Positions 39,177 to 46,034 of a stretch of DNA of 46,034 nucleotides are shown piece after piece. Under the pieces are notes generated by a model. The model worked only from the letters and a program-made list of their open reading frames with translations, searched no databases and was not told the origin of the DNA. How positions within the stretch are numbered: position 1 is the stretch's first letter; each line of letters begins with the position of its first letter. The stretch comes from Nannocystaceae bacterium (lineage in GTDB: Bacteria > Myxococcota_A > Polyangia > Nannocystales > Nannocystaceae), in NCBI GenBank assembly GCA_046351635.1, contig JAXLYC010000019.1, positions 1-46,034 on the forward strand, in the 5' to 3' direction. The position numbers and the translations under genes were made by a program.

Positions 39177-41931
39177 TCAGAACGCGGCCTCCATCGCGCG
39201 GATGTGGAAGCTCCTGCTCGCCGACCGCGACGCGGTGCGCCGCGGGTGCCGACTGCGGCATCGCGCCGATCCAGTACACGCCGTGGCTGGTCGCGTGGGC
39301 CGGCGAGGCCAGCATGTCCTGCGCGTGCTCCTGCGCCCACAGGTGCACGCCGCTCTCGTCGAAGCTCAGCACCGACACGACCACGTGCCACGGCGCCGAC
39401 GACGTCACCACCAGCTCGCCGCGCGGGCCGATGGTCAGCGCGAGCGACTCGAACGCATGGGCATCGGGCCAGGCGCCGACGATCTCGACCGTGCGACCGC
39501 GGGGGAAGCGGAGGATCCGCGCGCCGAACTGCCCGCCGTTGCGCTCGATGGCGTAGTACGCGTCGTCGTGGGCGTTGTAGGCCAACGCCAGCACCTGCTC
39601 GGGTCGCACGTCGCCGATGAAGCGCTCGTACTCGGTCGCGCCGGTGTCGAGATCGATGGTGCGCAACATCGGCTGGCCCTGCACGTCGCGCTCGAACACC
39701 GCGAGCTCCTGGCGGCGGGCCGACATCGCCGCGACCACCGGCGCTTGCGTCGGCACCTGCGGCTCGCTGTACGGCGCAGGCTCGACGTGGACCAGGCCGT
39801 CGCCGCGCACGACGAACATGAGCCGGCCGCCGATGTCGAAGAACGCTCCGATCGCGCCGCCGTGGGCGGCACCCGCGGCATCGCCGGCGAACACCGGCAC
39901 CATCGCCGGGTCGCGCAGTTGCATGACCAGCTCGTGGTCGATGACGTCGCCGCCGCCGCGCACACCGCCCTCGCCGGCCAGCAACAGCACCTCGTCGCCG
40001 CCCATGGGATCGTGGGGGATGCCGGTGAACCAGCCGTCGTCGGCGTCGGTGCAGTCGGAGCACGGCAGGTCGAACGGATCGACGTAGGGATCGACAAGCG
40101 GGACCTTGAACCACGGGATGGTGTCGCACGGCAGCGGCAGCGACGGCGTCGCGACCTCGTCGACCGTGATGCGTGCGAAGTTCTGGCGGCGCCGCTGCTC
40201 CGCCTCGGTGCCGGTGACGGTGCCGGGCGAAGGCGGCGAGCCCACGCTGTTCCAGTGGGTCGCGACCCAGGCCCACGCGAGGCCGTCGAAGACCCCGTAG
40301 GCGGCGCCGGGCATCACCGGGGCGAGGGAGAGATCGGCCCAGTAGTTCCAGCCCAACCGCCGCGGCGTGGGCGAGATCGGCGTGGTGGTCTTGGTCAGCG
40401 ACGGGTGCGTGGTCGCCAGGCGACCGCTGCCGTCGGTCACGATGGTGCCGGTCGCCAGATCCGTCAGCGTCATCGACCGCCAGCCCCAGGGCATGCCGAC
40501 ACTGTCGCGGTTGCAGCCGTAGCTGAGCGCGCACACGCTGGGATCGCTCGAGGCGCACGAGCACGTCATCATGCGCGTGATGCCGTCCTGGTCGGCGCCG
40601 GTGCCCACGAACGACTCCGCGACGATCACGTTGCCGTACGAGACGCCGCAGTCACCCGCCGAGGGCCAGCCGCCGCAGATGGGCTCGCGCGAGAACTCGC
40701 AGGGGATGCGGCGACCGTCGGGGCGGGTGTCGTCGAAGCGATCGTAGCTCGCGGTCAGACGGGTCTGCGGGTACGGATCGCAGACGTCGCCGGGGAAGTA
40801 GGTCTCGAGGTAGACGTCGTCGCGCGGCGGCTCGACGCCGCCGAGGAAGGCCTTGGCGTAGGCCTCGCGCTCCGCGGGCTGGTTGCTGTTGTGCTGGTCG
40901 GGGTTGGCGATGAGGCGGCAGTTGTCGCAGTGGTCACCGCGCCAGTCGCCGTCGCTGTTGACCTGCGTCGGATTGAACACGTCGGGGCAGTTGTCACAGT
41001 CGGCGCCGACGAGGTCGCCGTCCGGATCGGCGCCGCCGCACTCGCCCTCCCAGGTGCCGGACTTGGACGACCACGCGGTGTCGTAGATGAAGTCGTGGTT
41101 GTCGGGTGCGTCGGTCTGGGCCCAGTAGCTGTGGTATTCGGACGCGCCCGACGCGACGCCGCACACCAGCGGCGGGCTGGTCTTGTTGAACAGCGGTCCG
41201 CCCGAGTCGCCGCGCAGGGTGCCGCGGTAATCGTCGAACAAGAACGAGGTCTCGCAAAGACTGTCCTCGCAATCGATGTCGCTCTCGTACGCCTGTCGCG
41301 TGGTCGCACGCTCGCCGGGCTTGTCGAGTCGTCCCCAGCCGGTGTAGCGGCCCGAGAACTCGTCGGGGCAGGTCATGCCCGGCTCCCAGGCGTGCACCGG
41401 CACGATGTTCCACAGCCCCGGGCCGGTGCCGATGGGCATGCGTCGATCGAGCTCGAGCACCGCGATGTCGCGACCCATGAGCTCCGGCGTCCACGAGACG
41501 GTGTCGCGCAGCCAGCCGCGGATCGCGGTTGCGGTATGCGTCGGGTGCTCGGACGTGTACAGCCCGACGCCGATGCTGATCGGCTTGGAGCCCTTGGCCA
41601 CCGCCCACTTCGTTCCGTACGGACTCGTGGTCTCCGGCGGGCCCCACAAGCCCGGCTTGCCGTCCTCGCCCGCGGTGAGGCAGTGGTTGGCGGTCAGCAC
41701 CCGCGTCGGCGTGATGAGTGTGCCGGTGCACAAGGCGTCTGCCGCGTTGGTCAGCCGCACCGATGCGTTCGACTGCGGCGTGGCGACGTCGTCCCAGCCG
41801 TGGCGGATCCGCGGGTGCTCGCCGGCATCGCGCGGCTGCTCGTCCGCGGCGCAACCGAGCGTGGCGACGAGCGCCGCCGCGCTCGCGCGACAGTAGCGAA
41901 GGCGAGGATGGGATCGAACGGACGGACGCAT
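39177..41931 (-). CDS. Trypsin-like (S1) serine protease lipoprotein with thrombospondin type-3 Ca-binding repeats; 3' end unresolved
   Basis: MRPSVRSHPRLRYCRASAAALVATLGCAADE lipobox. Catalytic triad context TANHC, DIAVLELD, GDSGGPLF. TSP3 repeats (DPDGDLVGADCDNCPDVFNPTQVNSDGDWRGDHCDNCRLIANPDQ). About 500 aa of further domain. Protein-like translation in this frame ends near 39200, with no stop in frame until 38713, so a frame change is needed to reach the TGA at 39177-39179. Confidence 0.7.
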
Positions 41932-42016
41932 CGCGGGCTCCTGGTCGGGCCGGCGCGATGCCGGCTCCACCGGACTGACCCGCTGGGGTTCGATCCGTCT
42001 CGCGGAAAAGCGCGCG

Positions 42017-42511
42017 TCAGAATTCGATGCGCCACGCGAGCGCGAGGCCGCGTCCGCGCGAGTACACCCGCAGGCTGTGCCGCTGCACCAGCTTGCCGTC
42101 GCGGCGCACGCCCAGCACCGGCAGGCCCGCAGCCGCGACCGAGCCCGCGGCGGTCAGCGCCGTCGCACCGGCACCGGGCCGATGCACGAGCAGATCGCCG
42201 CGCATCTCCGCGAGCCCGAGCACCAGCTGCTCGCGGCGCTGCGGTGCGAACGGGTCGAGCGAACCGCCGTCACCGGCCATGATCCACCGCGTCCACGTCA
42301 GCTCGCGACCGGCCCGCATCTCGGTCAGCCACGGCCGCAGCGACACCACCGGCGCGTCCGCGGAGCGCAACAGCACCGCGCCGTCCTGGGGCTCTGCGCC
42401 CTCGTCGGCGCGGGCAGGGGCCGCGGTCGCGAGCACGCCAACGGCCATCGCGGTCACTCCCAGTCGGGCGAACCAGCGTCCGGAGCGGCGGTCTGTGGAC
42501 GCGATCCCCAT
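42017..42511 (-). CDS. Small secreted protein, hypothetical
   Basis: MGIASTDRRSGRWFARLGVTAMAVGVLATAAPARA signal peptide. 164 aa. ATG at 42511 confirmed. 85 bp upstream of the protease gene. Confidence 0.5.
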   Translation of the reverse strand: MGIASTDRRSGRWFARLGVTAMAVGVLATAAPARADEGAEPQDGAVLLRSADAPVVSLRPWLTEMRAGRELTWTRWIMAGDGGSLDPFAPQRREQLVLGLAEMRGDLLVHRPGAGATALTAAGSVAAAGLPVLGVRRDGKLVQRHSLRVYSRGRGLALAWRIEF

Positions 42512-42912
42512 CGCGCCAGATGAGGCTACCGTGTGGCGCGCGCGTCGTGAAGCCCGTTTGTCGCCCATCGTCGAGGTGATCCGAACGGATCGGGGGGGTG
42601 ATCCCGTCGTGCCGGTGGGAGGCATCGACCGCAGGAACGCCGCCGATGTGCCGCGCCCTACGCCCCAGGCGCGCGCCCGGTACGATTTTGGGGACACGCG
42701 GCGCGAGTCGGCCCAGGGATGCCCACGCCGTGCCACCGGGTGCGGCACCCGTTGGGGCGGCGTGCCGCAGCCGGCGCCCAGCCGCGCGCGCTCGCGCGCC
42801 GTGACCACCGCCTCGGGCCGACGAGGGCCGCACCCGCGGCTGCGTTGCGCAGCTTGCCCACCGGCGCGGCGGCCGGCGCAGGCGCTGCAGTACGATGCGG
42901 GCGCCCGCCGTC

Positions 42913-43110
42913 ATGAAGGACGAGACCCGAGTCCTGCGCGCCATCAGCACGGTCCTCTTCGTGCTCGGCGTCGGCGCGTTGTTGCTGCTGCTGCGCGATC
43001 CCTCGGTGCAGCGCAACCCACAGCCGATCCTGTTCGGCGGCACCGCGCTCATCGGTGCCCTGGTGCTGCGCGGGATCGCTTGGCTGCTGCGATCGCCGCC
43101 ACCGCAATGA
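42913..43110 (+). CDS. Small two-helix membrane protein (65 aa), coupled to the ABC permease
   Basis: MKDETRVLRAISTVLFVLGVGALLLLLRDPSVQRNPQPILFGGTALIGALVLRGIAWLLRSPPPQ. The stop TGA at 43108-43110 overlaps the permease ATG at 43107. Confidence 0.5.
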   Translation: MKDETRVLRAISTVLFVLGVGALLLLLRDPSVQRNPQPILFGGTALIGALVLRGIAWLLRSPPPQ

Positions 43111-44555
43111 CCCCGGCCGCGCGACGATCCCCGATCGAGCCGTGGCTGCGCGCCGCGCTCGTGCTCGCGGCGATGTTGGCGACCGCGACGTTGCTGCTGG
43201 GCGTCGTCGATGCGCTCGCCGAGGCGGCGCCCGATCGGGCTGCGATCGCGCTGGCGGCGACCAGCCTCGCGCGCACCGGCGCGATCGTGCTGGCCACCGC
43301 CGTGGTCGCGACGGTGGTCGCATGGCCGCTGGCGCGCGCGGTGCCCTCGTCGCTGCTGCTGGGCTGGGCGCTCGTGGGTGCGCCGGCACGCAGCCTCGGC
43401 GTGCTCGACCTGGGCCTGGCCCCGGGCGCACTGGCGATCGCCTACGCGGCGATCCTGGGCGGTGCGCCCTGGATCGCGTTGGTGGTGCAGCTGCGGCGCG
43501 AGGCGTTGCCGCGCGGCGTGCTCGAGGCGGCGCAGGATCTGGGCGCGTCACCCTTGCGCGCATGGTGGACCGTGGAGCTGCCGCTGTGCCGCGGCGCGCT
43601 CGGCTTCGGCCTGATGTGGTGCGCGCTGCAGCAGCTCGCCGACGCGACCACGTGGGAGCTCGCCGGTGGCGGCAAGCTGTACTCGACCGCGCTGCTGCTG
43701 CGCGACGCGGCGCTCGAGGACGACGCGCCGGCGCTGGTGTCCGCGGTGCTGCTGGGATTGCTCGCGACCAGCGTGCCGCTGTCGTGGTGGATCGCGGCGA
43801 TGCTGCGACGCGTCGCGATGGATCCGACCGCCGCCCCGCGCGCGCACTGGCACGGCCCCGCGCGCGGTGTCGCGATCGCGCTGGCGATCCTGGTCGCGTT
43901 GCCGCTGGCGGCGCTCGTGCCCGCCGCGCTGCACCCGCTGGGACCGCTCGACGCCCGCCTCGCGGCGCGACTGCAGCCGACGTTCTCGGTCATCGCCGGC
44001 ACCGTCGCGCTGGGCGTGCCGCTGGGCGCAGCCGCGGCGATCGCCAACGAACGCTGGCCGCGGCTGTCGCCGGTGGTGCTGTTGCCGCTGGTGATCCCAC
44101 CGGGCGCGTACGCGGCCGCGACGCTGTTCGCGGCGCACGGCCTGGGTTGGCCGCCGGGTCCCGGGCTCATGATCGCCGCGAGCACGCCGACTGCGATCGC
44201 GCTGGCGTTCGTGGTCACGACCCTCGCGCTGCCCCGCGTGGCGCCGACCCTGCGCGAGGCCGCGGCCGATCTCGGCGCGGGTGCGTGGGCGCGGCTGCGA
44301 TGGCTGTGGTGGCCGCGGCTGGCCCCGGCGTGGGCCGGCGCCGCGGTGCTGGTCGCGGCGTGGTGCCTCAACGACACCGCGGTCGCGCCCTACCTCGCGG
44401 GCCCGGGCGACAGCACCTTGGCGATCGCGACGACGACGGCGTTCCGCGGCCTCGATGCCGCGACCGCGACGCGGTGGGCGCTGTTGCAGGCGGCCACGGC
44501 GATCCTCGCGGCGCTGGCGTTGCCGCGGTTGCGTGCGGCACGGAGGCCGGCGTGA
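43107..44555 (+). CDS. ABC transporter permease with two fused transmembrane domains (FbpB/ThiP-like)
   Basis: 482 aa. Two EAA loops (LEAAQDLGASPLRAWWTVELPL and REAAADLGAGAWARLRWLWWPRLAP). ATG at 43107 confirmed. Confidence 0.8.
   Translation: MTPAARRSPIEPWLRAALVLAAMLATATLLLGVVDALAEAAPDRAAIALAATSLARTGAIVLATAVVATVVAWPLARAVPSSLLLGWALVGAPARSLGVLDLGLAPGALAIAYAAILGGAPWIALVVQLRREALPRGVLEAAQDLGASPLRAWWTVELPLCRGALGFGLMWCALQQLADATTWELAGGGKLYSTALLLRDAALEDDAPALVSAVLLGLLATSVPLSWWIAAMLRRVAMDPTAAPRAHWHGPARGVAIALAILVALPLAALVPAALHPLGPLDARLAARLQPTFSVIAGTVALGVPLGAAAAIANERWPRLSPVVLLPLVIPPGAYAAATLFAAHGLGWPPGPGLMIAASTPTAIALAFVVTTLALPRVAPTLREAAADLGAGAWARLRWLWWPRLAPAWAGAAVLVAAWCLNDTAVAPYLAGPGDSTLAIATTTAFRGLDAATATRWALLQAATAILAALALPRLRAARRPA
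44542..44546 (+). promoter_or_regulatory. Shine-Dalgarno (GGAGG) for the ABC ATPase, inside the permease 3' end
   Basis: cGGAGGccggcGTGAcg is read directly. The GTG at 44552 overlaps the permease TGA. Confidence 0.5.
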
Positions 44556-45514
44556 CGCTGTCGCTGCGCGGCCTGTGCAAGCGGCATCCCGGCAGCGCGC
44601 ACGCCGTGGGCCCGATCGATCTGGCGCTGCCGAGCGCCGGCTACGTCTGCGTGATGGGACCCTCGGGCTGCGGCAAGACCACGCTGCTGCGGTTGGTCGC
44701 GGGCCTCGAGCGCGCCGACGCCGGCAGCGTCGCGCTGCGCGGCACGCCGATCGACGGCCTGCCGCCCGAGGCTCGACCGACGCGGCTGCTATTCCAGAGC
44801 GGCGCGCTGTTTCCCCACCTCGACGTCGCCGCCAACATCGGCTTCGCGCTCACGCTCGCGGGTCGCCGCGGCGTAGCCCTCGCGCAACGGGTACGCGAGC
44901 TCGCGGCGATGGTCGAGCTGCCCGAGGCGTTGCTGTCGCGCACGCCCGAGGGGCTTTCGGGCGGCGAGCGCCAGCGCGTCGCACTCGCGCGGGCGCTGGC
45001 CGACGATCCGCCCGTGCTGCTGCTCGACGAGCCGCTCTCGGCGATCGATCGCCCGCAGCGCGCGAGCCTGCGCGAGCGCCTGCGCGTGCTGCAGCGCCAG
45101 GCCGAGCGACTGTTCGTGCACGTCACCCACGATCCCGACGAGGCGCTGGCGCTCGCGGACATCCTGGTCGTGATGGACGAAGGTCGCGTCTGCGCGCAGG
45201 GCCCGGCCGAGGCGCTGTACCAGCGTCCACCCGATCGCGCGACCGCGCGCTTGCTCGGCGAGCTCACCGCGGTGCCCGGAGATCCCCGGCGAGCGCTGCG
45301 ACCCGAGCACCTGCGCGAGGCCGACGCCGCGGGCGCGCGCGCACGGGCGTCGGTGGTGTCGCGTCAGCGCACCGGCGAGTGTGTCGAGTTGACGCTGCGA
45401 TCGCGCGAAGCGGGACCGCCGCTGCGGTTGCGGGCCTTGCAGACGCATGCCAACCTCGGCGACGAGATCGGCCTGTGTTGGGACGACGACGACGTGATGG
45501 ACTTTCCTGCGTGA
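44552..45514 (+). CDS. ABC transporter ATP-binding protein (PotA/FbpC-like)
   Basis: Walker A GPSGCGKTT. Q-loop. Signature LSGGERQRVALARAL. Walker B LLLDEPLSAID. H-loop HVTHD. C-terminal regulatory/TOBE-like domain. Confidence 0.85.
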   Translation: MTLSLRGLCKRHPGSAHAVGPIDLALPSAGYVCVMGPSGCGKTTLLRLVAGLERADAGSVALRGTPIDGLPPEARPTRLLFQSGALFPHLDVAANIGFALTLAGRRGVALAQRVRELAAMVELPEALLSRTPEGLSGGERQRVALARALADDPPVLLLDEPLSAIDRPQRASLRERLRVLQRQAERLFVHVTHDPDEALALADILVVMDEGRVCAQGPAEALYQRPPDRATARLLGELTAVPGDPRRALRPEHLREADAAGARARASVVSRQRTGECVELTLRSREAGPPLRLRALQTHANLGDEIGLCWDDDDVMDFPA

Positions 45515-46034
45515 GCGACCGACCCGCGGCCCCGCAGTGGTCGCGGCGCGAGCTGACGCGGGCGCTGCTGGCCGGCCTGCTGCTGCCGCAGGGCTGCGGC
45601 GGGACCTCCAAGCCGACGCTGTCGCTGTACAACTGGGGCGATTACATCGCCCGCAGCGTGCTCGATGCCTTCGTCGCGCGCGAGGTCGCGGCCGGACGAG
45701 CGCTCGAGATCGTCGAGGACGTGTTCTTGTCCGAGGCCGAGATGGTCGCCAAGCTCAAGACCCTGGCGGCGTACGACGTGGTGTTCCCCATCGACTACCT
45801 GCTCGACGAGCTGGTGCGCAACGGCTCGCTGCGCCGCATCGATCCGGCCAGCTTGGCCAACGTGAAGCACCTGGGCAAGCACTTCGCGCCCTGGCACAAC
45901 GACGAGGGCACGGTCTACGCGATCCCGTACCTGTGGGGCACCACCGGCATCGGATACGACAGCGAGAAGGTCGACAAGCCCACCAGCTGGAAGGCGCTGT
46001 TCGACCCGCGCTACGCCGGTCACATCAGCGTGAT
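45511..46034 (+). CDS. Periplasmic substrate-binding lipoprotein of the PotD/PotF (polyamine-type) family; partial, runs off the window
   Basis: The GTG overlaps the ATPase stop (GTGA). SRRELTRALLAGLLLPQGCGG is a Tat-like motif plus lipobox. Family motifs LSLYNWGDYIA, YDVVFPIDYL and IPYLWGTTGIGYD are present. Confidence 0.75.
   Translation, partial: MSDRPAAPQWSRRELTRALLAGLLLPQGCGGTSKPTLSLYNWGDYIARSVLDAFVAREVAAGRALEIVEDVFLSEAEMVAKLKTLAAYDVVFPIDYLLDELVRNGSLRRIDPASLANVKHLGKHFAPWHNDEGTVYAIPYLWGTTGIGYDSEKVDKPTSWKALFDPRYAGHISV

Noticed and set aside
38440-42282. 1280-aa plus-strand ORF
   Set aside because: It is antisense to the S1 protease gene. The translation is Arg-rich junk with no motifs.

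Overview
This 46 kb window is high-GC (about 70%) and almost certainly comes from a Myxococcota chromosome: two proteins end in MYXO-CTERM-type sorting signals (a GCxC motif, a hydrophobic stretch and an Arg-rich tail), many are lipoproteins, and SD-poor overlapping stop/start codons (TGATG, GTGA) link adjacent genes. No rRNA, tRNA or CRISPR was found. Several genes, named here by similarity to known families, are broken by frameshifts.

I call about 35 protein genes, in order:
- A partial Cys-rich C-terminus.
- A Tat-signal PhoD phosphatase, divergent from an ArsM-like methyltransferase.
- A SigZ/CorE-like ECF sigma factor that is frameshifted and runs without a stop into a TauD/TfdA-type dioxygenase.
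- A 5.7 kb alpha-2-macroglobulin lipoprotein gene (thioester motif GCVEQ) broken by at least four frame changes.
- Three small membrane/secreted/lipoprotein genes.
- A 2.8 kb low-GC (about 50%) island with no intact long ORF, bounded on the right by a C-terminal remnant of an integron-type tyrosine recombinase (TTMVYTHVLNRA-AGVR).
- A cupin gene divergent from an AlkD-like gene.
- A tightly packed six-gene minus-strand block: lipoprotein, outer-membrane beta-barrel, alpha/beta-hydrolase lipoprotein, Na+/solute symporter, TetR regulator and a PHB-depolymerase-family esterase with MYXO-CTERM; the last four genes share overlapping stop/start codons.
- A 1068-aa secreted protein with PD40 propeller repeats and two CxxCH motifs (one matching the PSCyt1 pattern), ending in MYXO-CTERM.
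- A frameshifted HExxH lipoprotein.
- A polysaccharide locus: heparinase II/III-like, a hypothetical lipoprotein, a WecC/WbpA-type UDP-sugar dehydrogenase and a WecA-like phosphotransferase with a long C-terminal extension. A copy of the dehydrogenase 3' end sits in-frame upstream of the heparinase start.
- A lipoprotein, an FGE/SUMF1-family protein and a hypothetical protein.
- A heavily frameshifted lipoprotein region, then an S1 serine protease with thrombospondin type-3 repeats.
- A small secreted protein.
- An ABC importer: small membrane protein, two-domain permease, ATPase and a partial PotD/PotF-type binding lipoprotein.
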